Position numbers and translations under genes: made by a program. The notes under the pieces are model-generated. The model made no database searches, was not told where the DNA came from, and saw only the letters and a program-made list of their open reading frames with translations. A stretch of 64,000 bases of DNA from NCBI GenBank assembly GCA_043228905.1, contig JBHGNT010000015.1:2356001-2420000 (forward strand), given 5' to 3'. Below are positions 1 to 14,240 of this stretch, piece after piece (the first letter of the stretch is position 1; every line of letters begins with the position of its first letter). The DNA is from Azolla caroliniana (Eukaryota > Plantae > Polypodiophyta).

Positions 1-1639
1 TATGATTGGGAATCGATAACGTGTAGGGTGAGCTGTCCAAATCCGACGGTGTTCCAAATGGAATGAAAATGTGTAATGCGTTTTATTTTTTACTTTCTTT
101 CCATGAGCAGGCTAATTGAAAAAAGGGAGTCCCAAGAAGAGAAATCATGTATACATTAAATTGAACTAAAATCCGTAGCTTCCCTACTTGCAATCTGTTT
201 GTCGTATGTAACAAGATTTCACGTCGGCATCAAATATTTTGTAGGTAAAAGGATTTTATATTTCCCTTTATTATTGCCACCATGGGCTTTTCTTTCATTG
301 GTATTGGGTTTGTGTGGAAAGTGTTGTAAAGAAGCCTTTTTTTCAAGAGCAAATAGATTACACTCTTTACTAGTGTTGATTTTATTTATTTATGGTTTCA
401 ACCCTTGTGTTGTTTTCAACCAATAATAAGTTCATGGATCCGACCATCATACAACACCTTGCTATTTGATCTATGGATTAATACCCAATAATTGAAACGG
501 AATTTAAACTCTTGCTGATTAATTATGGTGAGAGCCTGAGAGGTGATGATTGGTTACACCAGCCGATCCTACCATTCATATTTACTCGTACATAGTTGGT
601 GCTTCACTTGTGCACATGCTCTTAAAACCAACATTGCATTTTAAAAAAATAAAAAATAAAAAATCGTCAATTATTTTTGTTCTTGTTGTGTTTGTTTGTA
701 TTTTGAACCATTGAAATGAGTTTAGCTCTGATCCCTTTTTTGACCGACTACCCTCTCAAGGTTCCACGTGTAATATTTCAACCCAAAAAGCATTCACCTC
801 ACGTGAATAGATTGCTCCATGATTTGTCACCACATCACATTTTCCTCCTTTTTCCACCTGTACGCAAACCAATTCCGAGAGGCCTACAATTTACTATTAC
901 GATCCGGATATCCTGTGGTTAATTTGCATTTAGATTCAACGAAGCATATTCCCTTTATGGTAGGTTGTTTCCGGCAAATGTGGGTAGTTTAAGATCACGA
1001 CGAAGTGTATACACAAGGAATGAAATGGAGCACAAGCTTGGTATGTGGTGTATACACCACAAAAGAGGGAGTGGTTACGAGCAGGCGAAGAGGAGGTTCA
1101 TGAGTGGCATTTTGTAAGATCCCGGGTTATCATATCCCATTTCTTGTTTCATGGGCCAATTTTGGGTCTTAAAAGATGTTAACACATCTTTTATTTTATT
1201 TATTACTTTCGATGAATGGGTAAATACCCCATTTTCGTTGTAAACCAATTGTCTCATGGGGCCAATTTTGGTCTTAGAAGACATTAATATATCTTTCTTT
1301 CTCTCTCTCAAAGATAGAGGAGCCTCGATCAGCATAGGGGACATGCTGAAGTGTTGATTGGCTTCCAGAAAGGCGAAGGTGACAAAATGCTTTCGGTTAG
1401 GTAATGGCATTGTAGTCACTTGTATAGAGTCCAGACCAAAGAGAGGCCAACCAATGGAAGCATAAGCACGCAGACCATATATATATGTATATAATGTGTG
1501 CGTGTGTGCGTGTATGTGTGTGGGACACGGACGGACATATGGATGGATGGGGTCCTGAAACGCTTGGGTAACTTGTGGCTTCATGGATGGATGGTATCTA
1601 TGTACATAATGCTTGCCCATCCATGTGCCTCATATATGT

Positions 1640-2088
1640 ATGTATAAGTATGTATGTATGGTATGGTATGGTATAGTGTGTAATTTGTATCGATACGTCA
1701 CATAGAAGATAAGATGGATTTCCATAATACATAATACATAATACATAATACATAATACATTATACATTATACAATACATATACATATACATATACATACA
1801 CATTAAACATTAAACATTATACATATACATATACATATACATACACATATCTACATATACATTTACCATATACTATATACATATACCATATACCATATAC
1901 CATATACCATATACATAATACATATACATAAATCATAATCATATACGTATACATAGTACATACATTATACATTATACATTATACATTATACATTATACAT
2001 TATACATTATACATTATACATAGTACATTATACGTATACATGATACATTATACATATACGTATACATAGTACATTATACATTATACAT

Positions 2089-2132
<44 letters not shown>

Positions 2133-2340
2133 ATACAAATACATATACATATAAATATACATATATATATACATTAAACATTATACATATACATATACAT
2201 TTACCATATACTATATACTATATACATATACCATATACCATATACATTATACATATACATAAATCATAATCATATACGTATACATAGTACATATATACCG
2301 TATACGTATATATATATATATATATAAGTATGTATGTATA
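1640..2340. repeat. Compound microsatellite/low-complexity tract (TACAT, TACATA, TACCA, TATG units)
   Basis: Direct inspection: hundreds of bp of degenerate tacat/tacata repeats just upstream of the CTT-rich 5' UTR of the glycosyltransferase. Confidence 0.95.
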
Positions 2341-2661
2341 GCAGAAGAGGCCGCAACATTTGGGGGTTGAGGGATGGTAGTGGGCGGTATGTCCTCCTCC
2401 TGCTTCACCCCACCATAGCCATAGCCATAGCCATTCTTCTTCTTCTTCTTCTTCTTCTTCTTCTTCTTCAGCTTCTTCTTCTTAATCTCCATAGCCACTG
2501 CCCCTGCTCCTTCCTTCTTTTTTCCTTCTCTCAAACCTCTTCTTTTTACTGTTATCTCCGCTCTTCTTCATCTTCTTCATCTTCTTCTTCTGCTTCATCT
2601 TCATCTTCTTCTTCTGCTTGATCCTCCTTTCCTTCGTTCTGTATCAGCACTGCAGGCTCTC

Positions 2662-5600
2662 ATGATCTCAACCATACTTATCCCTGCGGCGGGATCCGAT
2701 ATTCATCCAGCAGCCGCCATGAAACCTCCCCCCCCTCCTCCTCCCCCTCCTCCTCCTTCACCTCTTCTTCCCCCTCCCTTCTTCAGGCTAACCCTGCAGC
2801 CATGGCGCCTTCAGGAGCTCCTCAGTAAGCATAGCTTCTCCCGCCTGCGAACTCTGACGAGACCTTCGCGTCCTTTTCTCCATCTCTGGCTCATTCGCTT
2901 CAGCACCGCCATCCTCCTCTGGACCTGCTTCATTCAGCTCATTTCCATTGTTCAGCTATGGCATCCTCGCCTTCATGCCACCACCAATTTACTCATCTCC
3001 CCTCGTAATTGCTTAATCGACACTGTTCATCCCATTACTGCAGAAAGGCCTTCTACCCCTGTCTATCAGATCGAACGTGACAATTCCGTTACTACTGTTG
3101 TATCTGTCGATCCTGATCTGTCTAATCCTACCATCATCTCCATGGATCATCTTCGTTCTCCTTCGCGTAAGCCCGCCAGTAAGCTTTCTATTACAATATA
3201 TACCTACCTTGTTTTCTCTGTTCTTCAATTCCTTCTTCGTCTAAGATCCGTAATTCAGACGTTTTTTATGGATCCATTCGATCAGCACTTTTATTTGTTG
3301 TTTGTGATTTTGATATTCGGCAGCACGGTTTCTTGATACGATCTTTCAATGTACATAGATTCTTTCTTTCACCCAGTGCTTATTGATCGTCTCTTTGGCC
3401 TTGATATTCGTTAGGGTTTCCTCTGAGCTTTCCATGGATTCATTCATTTTCGGTCCCACACTACTTAATACTTAATTGTAGTACTATTCTTAGGCTGCAA
3501 TTCTTTAGGTTTTTTTTCTTTTCTTCTGATAACACTTTCATGAATGCATTGGTACGTGTTAGTTCAGCCTGATTCGCAAGAGTTTCTTCTGTTTCAGATT
3601 TCATAAGGGACATGATTCTCTCCTGCATTATTGCTTTAAGAATAATAGCATTCTTATTATGATTAACAGGCCATCTCTACAGAAGCAATGGTATCTTGCT
3701 CATCTCTTGTAATGGAGGACTCAACCAGATGCGTGCAGCTGTAAGAAATATAAACCCTTCTCTTGTTCTGTCTTTTGTTCTCCATCCATTCCGTTAATGT
3801 GATCTGTATGGAAAAGTGGAAGCTTTCTTCTTAAAACCTGTCTTTTGGAAACCCTAATTTATAACACACATTTATTCGTTTTCTGCAGATATGCGACATG
3901 GTTGCCATTGCCAGCCATTTAAACTTGACATTGTTTATTCCCGAACTCGACAAATCTTCTTTTTGGGCTGATCATAGGTGAACAGAGTAAAATTTTCATG
4001 TAATCTGAAATATTTTAATGTTTTTTTTTGGTTCATTTATGATCTCAAATGCGAAGAATTGGATGTAATTCTGTTTGTGTTTTCTTTCTGTTATCTAATT
4101 TAAACTCATATGTGATGAGGTTCTCTCAATTACTCTGTTCTTTTACCATTGATTAGCTTAACTTCACTGAAGCTATCTGAATGAAGATCTTTGAATGCAT
4201 CTTTTGTTATCCTGTGATGTGTGGTATGAGTGCATGAATAGTTTGGCCTTCTTTTTTCCAGTAAAAAGATGAAAAGTTATGTCTTTCTGAGTCGATGGAT
4301 ATGAATAAATGCCAATTGATCGATAGTAATGAATAAATTTGCAATCAAATGATGGATATGAAAAGAAATGGCAAATGATCGGGCGATTTGAATGCATGGA
4401 AGATTTCATCACTAGATAAGAATAAATCTTAACTAATTTATGGTTATAGATAATTGAAAATTGATGGACTGATCTATTCATTCCTTTGATAAATGGAAAT
4501 CTATGGATCAATGCACCATATCATAGGAGACAATGGCAATTTATCTCTTTAATGCTCCTGTCTGCACATACATAACCTTAATTATGAGTCAAACTTAACA
4601 AACAGACACTATTTATATCACAACATAAAACATGTGTATCTGTTCAGCTAACCTAATTGGATAGGCATTACGTTTCATCTTAGTTTGATGTGACCAATTC
4701 ATCTATCCTGTGGGGGTTTGCATTAATTTGGTTGATTAATATGCTTGTGTACCGATTATTACAGTATTTTGAAACCATCACTATGTTTTTCACAGCGATT
4801 TTGGGGACATTTTCGATGTTGATCATTTCATTGAGTCGCTAAAAGATGAAGTAAGAATAATCAAAGAACTTCCTGCTGAAATTCATCAAAAACATGTGGC
4901 AAGAGAAATCATGTCAATGCCTCCGATTAGCTGGTCCAATGAATCTTACTACATGGATCGGGTAAGGAATAAGGGGAAACTCCAAAATACCCCCATGTTT
5001 TTCTGTTGGTGCCTTTCAGATTTTGTATTTCCCTACTTGCCCTTGGTCAACCGGTGAAAGAGCAATTGTATGGCCATTTCATCCTGTTATACTTCTGTTT
5101 GAACATATATGTGACCAATTTATTATCTTTTTGGGTCTATCTAAGGGCAATTGGGCAGAATTATGAAAACTTGGGGGGTATTCAAGTCAATAAAGAAAAA
5201 TGTAATGGTATTTGGTCCATAAGAAATGGTTTAAAATTGATGGTACACTATACACATCATACATTGTATTGTGTTATCCGTATTGTTTTATATTCGATTG
5301 CAAATTGTAATATAACTTGGCTTGTTATTTCTGTCAGATTCTTCCTCTTGTGAAGAAGGAGAAAGCTATCCACTTCAACAAAACAGATACACGGCTTGCA
5401 AATAATGGGTTGCCATTGAAAATGCAGAAGCTTCGATGTAGAGTTAACTATGAATCACTCAAATTCACTCCTCGTATTGAAGAATTAGGTCAAAAAGTAG
5501 TAAGGATCCTCAAGGAGAAAGGAGGATTTCTTGTTCTCCACTTAAGATATGAGATGGACATGCTTGCATTTTCCGGATGCTCCCATGGTTGTACTGATGC

Positions 5601-7268
5601 AGAGACAGATGAATTAACAAAGATGAGGTATTAAGTAGAGACACATACATATTGCCAAAAAATTGAAATACCTCTTGAGTTTTTCTTTATTTTCCCGGAT
5701 GATTTAATCCTCAAACAAGAGAAAGGGGATAAATCGGGCATAGAATTCGACAAATAGCATTTATAATTGCTGAAGATGGGGTTAACATTGGGAATTAATG
5801 AAAACTTAGGGGTATTTTTTGAAAATTGGTATTTGAGAGTTTTTTTTTCCCAATATGTCTACACCATATTCTTAATTACTTCTGCTGTGTTCTTTTCCAG
5901 GTACGAGTATCCTTGGTGGAAGGAGAAAGTCATAAATTCAACTCAGAAAAGAATAGATGGGTTATGTCCATTAACCCCCGAGGAGACTGCACTTGTTCTT
6001 AGAGCATTGGGGTTTGGAAAAGAAACCCAGATATACATTGCTGCAGGCGATATATATGGGAGTGAAAGGAGGATGGCCCCATTGCGTGCAGCATTTCCGA
6101 ATATTGTATATATGCTCCACCTACTCACATTTGCATATCTAGACTAGATTAACATGCTTAAAGAAGACCTAACTGTAGTATTATATACTCTCTATGCAAT
6201 TATGTTATTATAACCCTTGACAAAAGAGTATACAATAAGAGTCAGTTGCATTGAAGTAGTGTAATGACATGAGTTTAAGGATTCTATACCTTCCTATTAG
6301 TTTTACCTGGCTTGTACTGATTATTTGACATCTTTTTGAGAGACTTGAGTATGTAGAGTTCTTGTTTATTCATCTGATTCTTTTTGTCTATCATAGCAAT
6401 GGTTAAATACTGTTTATTTATTTATTTATAGAAAACACAAGGGTGACCAGTTTGTAAGTTTAAAGAGTGTTTGCCATTGTCAGCTTTTTCATGTTTCCAT
6501 CTTTTTTCTTATTGCAGGTAAAGAAAGAGATGCTTCTAAGTCCAGAAGAGCTGAAGCACTTCCAAAACCATTCTTCACAAATGGCTGCACTGGACTATCT
6601 AGTAGCAGTGGAAAGTGACGTGTTTATCCCCACATATGATGGAAACATGGCAAAAGTTGTCGAAGGCCATCGCAGGTAACAATCTGAATCAATGTGTGTG
6701 TGGACAGACTATTCAGAGCTTAGGGTTTTGGGATGGGTTGATGTATATGGAATTGAGCATCTTAGTTAATGTTTAGGTTTCAGAGTTTAGGGTGGCTTGA
6801 TGTAAATGGATTTGAACTTTTAACATCTTGGTTATCGTTTACGTGGGTTGTTTAGGTTAATTTAGGATTTAAGATTGATTAATGTATATGAATTTGAACA
6901 TTTTTCATTGTTTTATTTGGGCTTTTTAGGAAGTTTAGGGTTTAGGGTAGATTTATGGGCATGGATCCAATCATCTTAGTCATTGTTGTTTATGTGGCAT
7001 GAAGGTAGATTGATATATTGGATTTGAACATCTTGTAAACATGTACAGATACTTGGGCTACAGAAAAACCTTGTTACTGGATCGCAGAAAACTAATTGAG
7101 CTCATTGATCTATACCAAAGCAATCAGCTGACATGGGATGGTTTCTCTCTAGCTGTAAAAGAACACCATGACAAATACACAGGATCCCCAACAAGGAGAA
7201 ATGTAGTTCCGGATAGGCCGAAAGAAGAGGATTACTTTTATGCGAATCCTGAAGAATGTCTCACGTAG
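2662..7268 (+). CDS. GT106 / O-fucosyltransferase-family glycosyltransferase, rhamnogalacturonan-I rhamnosyltransferase (RRT)-like; about 8 exons
   Basis: Approximate exons with GT-AG borders: 2662(or 2719)-3178, 3671-3740, 3889-3977, 4796-4961, 5338-5627, 5901-6105, 6518-6675, 7069-7268. Motifs [71 protein letters not shown] and [14 protein letters not shown]-terminal TM segment [18 protein letters not shown]. The start codon is uncertain. Confidence 0.93.
4973..5195. mobile_element. Putative MITE with imperfect terminal inverted repeats in a glycosyltransferase intron
   Basis: aatacccccatgtttttc (~4987) is the near reverse complement of gaaaacttggggggtatt (~5165). No TSD resolved. Confidence 0.4.
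5655..5830. mobile_element. Putative MITE, same style as 4973-5195, intronic
   Basis: aaatacctcttgagtttttc pairs imperfectly with gaaaacttaggggtattttt. No TSD resolved. Confidence 0.35.
6700..7035. repeat. Degenerate intronic tandem repeat containing telomere-like TTTAGGG motifs
   Basis: Recurrent gatgtatatggaattgagcatcttagtt-like units interleaved with ttagggtt / gtttagggtttagggt. Confidence 0.6.
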
Positions 7269-8163
7269 CCTTCCTTCGCAGATTTGATGAGCATCAATCA
7301 AAAGCAAATCACTCATTTAGGGCGTATTGCTCTCGGATAACTTCCTAATCACAGAGGAAAGGCATTATCAGAGTTTTGCCTCTCTGAAGTGACTCTGTAT
7401 ATACTGCATTGGGAGAGAAAGGTTGTTGGATGTACATGGGCATCGGATGATTATCACCTATACTTCACCCATCCTCCATATTCCAATTGATCACTCAATC
7501 TGTTGAGCTGCAAAATTGCAATGCAAACTACATCACCTTAGTACATACCTTTAGATTCATTATTACTATTCTATACTTCAAATAATGTTCTAACCAAAAA
7601 AGTTCCTACTCCAGAGTCCTATCAAATCCTTGTACTCTTGGAACTTCCAACTTCAAAACTACAGGAAACAAATGAATGCAAATTAAACTGTTAACATATA
7701 TTATATGCTTTAAAGAAGGTTATTAATGAATGCAAACTAACTAAGATATTGGAGTTTATTTAAAGGTTCCAAATCATTTTGAGTTAAAATGAATATCCTT
7801 GATTTACTGAAGTTAGGCCACAATAAGATGTTTTAAATGGTCTCATTCCCCATTCATCCTTATGATTGTTTTAAAACTCCAATATCTCCATCACTTTGAG
7901 AAACAAGTGCAACAAAAAAACATCTAAAAGATAAAGATAATGAAGAAGGCATGGAAAGGTAAAGGTCAACAAAATAGAGTTGAAGATACATATATACTTA
8001 GAAGGTGTGAAAAGGCCTAGCCTAATGGCAATCAATGCAAATATTTAAGACTAATAAGATCAAACCCAACCGTTAACCTCTCTCTTTTTTCGTACTTCCT
8101 TCGTGATTAATTAATCCTGCGCTTCATTAATCTCTTAATCCTTCACTCTCATTCCTAAATGTT

Positions 8164-8390
8164 GTGTATCAGCTTTTAGGACATCAGTGAGGATCATGGA
8201 GTGAGATCTTGGTGTATCAACTTTTAGGACATCTGTGAGAATAAAGATGAATTGGTGTATCAGCTTTTAGGACATCTGTGAGAATAAAGATGAATTGGTG
8301 TATCAGCTTTTAGGACATCTGTGAGAATAAAGATGAATTGGTGTATCAACTTTTAGGACATCTGTGAGGATCATGGAGTGAGATCTTGGG
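8164..8390. repeat. ~43-bp minisatellite, 5 copies
   Basis: Unit ggtgtatca(g/a)cttttaggacatctgtgagaataaagatgaatt. The first and last copies end in gaggatcatggagtgagatctt. Confidence 0.95.
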
Positions 8391-8843
8391 AGTAGGGGGG
8401 TTTGTAGAAAAAAGAAGAAGATGATGATTCATGTTTTACCTTTGTTCTAATGTTGGTTATGTTGATATGATAGGCATACCTCTTGATGATGAAAGTTCTA
8501 ATAGTTTGCATGGCCACATTTGGGTTGATGGGCGCTAAGGTTATGGTGATGTTGCATTTCAATGCTTCTCTTGTTGATAGTGAACTTGTGAGACAGATTT
8601 AGGGATGATATTTGTAGTGAATACATTGTCACCGTGTTGTTTGATTGGGAAAAAAAGTCATCGATGTTGTTTAATTGGAGAAATATTTCAAGAACAACCA
8701 TTGTGATCTGTTTAACTAAATTTGTGAGCAATTTTATTAATGAATGCAACATCAAATGCTTGCTCCACCAAGCTACATCCTTATTGTTTTATAGCATATT
8801 TTTTTACACTTTTAATTTGATGATACAAAGAATCTACAAGCAA

Positions 8844-11800
8844 GGGCTCAAGAGTTGACTAGACCAACAAAATAGATGGAAACTGTGAAGGGAACTTGAG
8901 GAGTATATTTTAGGGGGTGTTGTTGACATCATCATGTTGCAGGAACACCACCTCGATAGTACCTGCTCAAAGGAAGTCAAAGACCTTCTACTAGGATCGT
9001 GGCGAACAATGTGGGAGCCAACAATAGGGGAGGATGGAAATCATGGTGGTATTTGCTCTTTGATTCAGGAGCATCTAGCTTAAGGCTTAATACACCAAGA
9101 ATCACTTATACTTGGCAAGGCACATTTTTGCACATTGGTCAATCATTTTCAATTGCACCAAAAGTGGGGTCCATTCCAACCTCGAATTCCGCACACTATT
9201 TACACAGTTACAAAGGTGAAGGAACAACTCACCACCTAATGGTCATTACCCGTCAATGACTCATCAAGATCCAACAAACTTCTAGTTAAACTAACAAGAG
9301 CTTCAAATCTATTACACGAGATCGTCAAGACCAGAAGTAAGGATGCTTAGGAAAAGCGACAGAGGACAAAATGGGGACTAATTGCCCTACAACGACTCCA
9401 ACAGAGATACTCGTCATGTAGTTGGATCGCGGGACAAGTTGCCATGGGCAAATAAGAACTCATCATGGCTGAAAAAGAAATCTATGACATGGATCTTCAT
9501 GGAAGCATGGGTCGCTAGATTCGAGTAGGGGATAAAACCAAGAAGGAAATCTTCCGATTCGAGGGACCGAGGCACCCTAGAACAGTGATGCACAACCTCA
9601 ACCGAGAGGATAGCAACGATCAGTGAGGATGGCAATGAAATGAGGAATATCACAACCTACTATAATTGACTACTTACTGAAGATAGTATGGCCAGAGGGG
9701 AAGACACAAGAGAACATATTATCCTCCAGAACATACCCCAGAAAGTCACTACCGAAATGAATACATGGCTCAGCATCCCCTAGCAGTCATGGGAGGCCCT
9801 CTCCGATTTGGATGCAGATAGCTGCCCCGGAATCGATGGCCTCACACCTCACTTCTTCACGAACCTTTGGGACACTATTAAAGAAGACCTCCTCCAAGCA
9901 TATGAGGAGATCATCACCTTTGGAAACATGCCAGGGGAATTTGGACAGGGGATGATACATCTCATTCCTAAAAGTGGTGGGAGTGCCAATGATATTAGTA
10001 AGTGGCAGCCCATAACTCTTCTCAATATTGTCTATAAGTTGCTTGCAAAAATCGTGGCACGCCGCTTAGCACCACTTCTCCCTCAACTCATTCATCCATC
10101 CTAGACAAGTTTCATTAGAAATCAGAGCATCCTAAACAACCTTTTCTCATTTTGGGAAGTACTAGCCCGTGCCAAGCGTACCAACAACACTCAAGGAGCA
10201 AGCACCAAATATTTGGGTTTCTAAATTGGATTCAACATGCCTCAAGAGATTATGATTGCACTAATTATTCACTCCATTTGACAAAAGTTAATACATTGGA
10301 GTTCGAAAAAACTCTCACTAGTGGGTCTCATCATAGTGGCAAACCGGGTATTACTCACAACACCATGGTACAGCCTATCATATTGGACAACCTCCAAGGA
10401 AAGTATACACCAAATCCAGCGACTGGTATGCAACTATATTTGGTTTGGTAAGGAAGATCATGCAGTTCAGGCCAAAGTGGTGTGGCCTATACTCACATAA
10501 TCTAAGCCGAGAAGAGGATTGGGTCTTATTGATCCCCTCTCACAATCCAAAGCCCTACTCGCCAAATTTGTGGTGCAAGGACTCCAACTAGGGGATGACT
10601 GTTGGAAAATGGTGCTACGATTACGCTTCGGTTACTTTAGGCCACAAAAAGGGGCCAATTGGGCCCCCCAAATGGGATGGATTCTAAACATGGATCTCAA
10701 ACCTAGTTTCTCACAACAATTGGAGGATAGATTCAGTGCATCCATGTGGAAGGCGTGTGTGACATTAGACGACAACTCAAGTGCGATCAACTTAATTCTG
10801 AACCTACCTAGCTCAATCAACGTATCCTATGGAACCCATGTATCAGAGATGAATTTGATCAATTGGATAAAGTAAGGGGTTGTCATGGGGACTCATTGCA
10901 AAAGCTCCAGGAAAAAATATAGAATGTTGGAGACAGTTTATGTCATTGCTAGTACAAGATCAAGCCAACATACTCCATGGAACCAGGGGCGGATGGACTA
11001 TGAAATTGGAAATCATTAACGATTTACTACTTAGGGAAGTTGCTAATAAAAGGACAACAATAGAGAAATGGATAGGCTATGAGGAGGGTTCTTTGATCCC
11101 AAGAGGTAGGGAAACTCCGGACAGGCTCGAAGCCTCTTAAATGCGAGACAATGAGATACTAACATTGAATATGGCAATTCGAGTACTCACATATACTAAT
11201 CATAAATGGATTGTAGATCCCAATCCGATCAAAGTACAACCAAAATGTCACATATGTACTCATGAAAACACATGACTATGTAAGGTCAATGGGACCCTTT
11301 GCAATGGACATGTCGTGATCCTTATGCGGGTCAAGGAAGCAAAGTCATCCCTTTCTTCCAATTCACAACTAGATTGGGTCGCCACATTCTAACCGCTCAA
11401 ACCGCCCGAGAGCCGGCTGCTGCAAAGGTTTGGCACGCATATCATGTTCCTCACACAATTATCACCAAGTTTTGGTAGAAAATATGGAAACAACAACATG
11501 CGAAGCGAATTACCACATTCCAATGGCTATTAATACATAAGTCACTACCGGTTGGAGCATGGCAGAGTGAGAACCTTAGCTCTCCTAATTGTGTAATATG
11601 CCCAAATGCAACAGAATCAATCCCACACTCTGTGGGACTGCCCAAAGACCCATTGAATATGGTGGGGGGTTGGCCGCCTATTGCAATTATGTCAGGTGCA
11701 AGGCACAATCAAGTGGGGAAATGTATGTTGGTTATCATGGCAGGTTCTAGTTGATAGGTACAAGCATCAAGAGGAGGGGATGACTTTGGTGATAAAAGCA

Positions 11801-12217
11801 CAAGAGGTTATTTTTTCCACCATCTGCAATATCCTCTCAATTCCTATTAATGCCAAGTCTCAAGTTGTGTTGGAAGTGGTCAGCCCAATAACTCTTTGGA
11901 TTCTATGGAAACAACGGTGTAAAGGGGTCTTCTCCAACCAAAACGTGCATCCACTAATGTTAATGCAAGAGATATGGAGTGAAGTTATCGTCACTCTAAA
12001 GAACCAATACAATGGCCTCAAGGGTGGCTCCGATGGAGTTGAAAGACAATGAGTAGCCTTCATCCAACAATGGTCGTTCTCTCCCTTTGTTGAGTCAATG
12101 GGCATCCACATAAGATGGAACTATTGTGTCCCTATAGGGATTTGTATATAATGCTCTCATCAGTAAAATTTTATAACTAATGGGAGTTTTTCTTTTGGAA
12201 AAAAAGAAAGAAAAGAA
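8844..12217 (+). mobile_element. 5'-truncated, degenerate L1-like LINE (endonuclease, RT and zf-RVT relics) with A-rich tail and 17-bp TSD
   Basis: EEP-like DIIMLQEHH at ~8925, and RT segments CPGIDGLTPHFF...LIPK...WQPITLLNIVYKLLAK (9808-10104) and GLGLIDP. zf-RVT-like C-x2-C at ~11590 and LWILWKQRC. A-rich tail at 12199-12217. TSD aaagaatctacaagcaa at 8827-8843 and 12218-12234. Many stops and frameshifts. Confidence 0.93.
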
Positions 12218-12653
12218 AAAGAATCTACAAGCAATAAATTGTGGGGATGTCTCTTCCATGACATATAAAGACAATGCTTTCTTTCACTTTGGGCTTTAGG
12301 AGATAATGTGTTGCTTTATTGTATTGTGATAGTTGGATGATAATGCATGACACTAGGCCGAATTATGACATGGTTGTGGGATTAGTGCTTTAGTCTCCTT
12401 TCGAAAACTTAACAGTAATGATTGTTGATGTCATATGGATACTTTAGCCTTACCCACTTTTAGATAATCTAATGGCGCAAAAAAGTTGCTCATTAAATGG
12501 TTAATCTTCATGATACGTGAGATTTTTGTATTATTTTCTCTTAGAAGTCACAAATGTCATCAACTCTACATAATATCAGAAGTCTTGGTTTGACGGTTGA
12601 TGATTTATTCAAAGCGTTATTTGAAAAGTGCATTGAGTGTGGTTGGTTGCAAC

Positions 12654-12916
12654 CATAGTATGAAGCATACGTACCATTCGTACATTCGCATTCGTGAACA
12701 TTCTTATCATTCGCGTAAGAAAAACACCCTCGAAGTATGGTAAATACCATACTTTTGCACTCATTATTTATTATAAGGAAATTTCTTTTAGGGTAAAAAA
12801 GTTAAGGTAAAAAGTGTAAAAAAGAAGAAGAAGAATGTTTTAATAACATACGCATTCGTTTGCAGATGTATGAAAGCGAATGTTTGGGCTAACGAACATG
12901 AATATTACGTACTATG
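12654..12916. mobile_element. hAT-type MITE (CATAGTA... termini), 8-bp TSD
   Basis: Termini catagtatg / cgtactatg. Perfect TSD gttgcaac at 12646-12653 and 12917-12924. Subterminal cattcg / cgaatg repeats. Confidence 0.8.
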
Positions 12917-14240
12917 GTTGCAACATCAAAGAATGATAAATAATATCCATGTAGGATGGTTGTTCCAAAATTTCTTGTGTTCATCAAAGTAATACTAGGC
13001 ATATGATGGAATGAATACCTGATAGGCGAAGATGAGTATGTACCCCATTTGTCTTCACAAGGAACCTCAATTCATACAACTTCACTTCAACACACTCTCC
13101 ACGTATCTCTTTGAAGTGAATTTATAATAGCTTCTAGGTTTTGAAAACCAAAATTTAAGCCTCTTTATTTCCAAGTATGGGTTTTAATAGTTCACTAATA
13201 CATCGTGATTATTGTAACTCCTTGCGGGTGCCAAGGGTTAGGATTCTTCTAACAAAACATTAGGTAACCGTATGATATAGTGTACTAGTGCTACATCCTT
13301 GTGCATCATATATTGCAAATAATTAGGATTTATGAAGATCCATAACATTGCCTAGCTCTTTTAATGCATAAGAAACACAACTCAAAATTATCCCCGAAGA
13401 TACCATGATACCTCAATTTAGTACACAATTCACTATGACCATAGAGGGTATTCGAATATAAACACACTACAAATTAGGGTATTTCCCTTCAATATGTAAG
13501 TCTTACATTCCATATTTTGTCAAATCGAACACAATAGAGAGCAATATCTTGGTTGGGCTATTTTTCACCACCTTTTGACTATTTGAACACCCTATAGACA
13601 TACTCTCCATCTCGAAAGCCAGCTATAGAACCTCCTATGTTGCCACATTCATCTCTCCAATGGGCAAATATGGGCTCATTTCAAATGACAAGGCATCAAA
13701 TCAACTCAGAATTTGGCTTTGCTAGACACTTGTACATAAGATATTGCAATAGTAGATACTACTAACTTAAGCACTTGCCCATCGAGATGAGATGTTTGTA
13801 TGTTTGGTTTGATATAGCAGATTATCGTGCCATTTACAGACTTCTCTCTAAAATATATCGATTGTGCGTATGCATGCCAGAAAATCCAATCCACAGATAT
13901 ATACACAGACTTGTTGTATGTACAAGAGGACTCACATCAGCTTGATTATATATGATTTGAATACTATATTTTTCAAAAAGCCTTTTTGAAGCAATAGATT
14001 CCACATTCTCCCTAGTTCTTTCTTTATCCAGAAAAGGGTATTCTATTCTGCAGTTTATATTCAAAGGTTGCTGAAAAGAATTTGATGCAAAACAATGATT
14101 TTGCATCGACGAAGATTTGTTTTATAGCAATGATCCAGCCATGTAGAGGATATATTTACATAGATTTGAATCTTAATTCTATACAAATATTACAGTTATT
14201 AATGTTACATTATCGACAATACTCCAACGAGGCCCAGCTT

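Noticed and set aside
1-1620. ORF 1075-1620 and a possible transposon end at the window start
   Set aside because: There is no recognisable protein motif, the ORF overlaps simple repeats, and no termini or TSD could be defined.
4111-4171. Possible intronic C/D-box snoRNA (GTGATGA...CTGA)
   Set aside because: It is short, has no convincing terminal stem, and I recognise no rRNA/snRNA guide.
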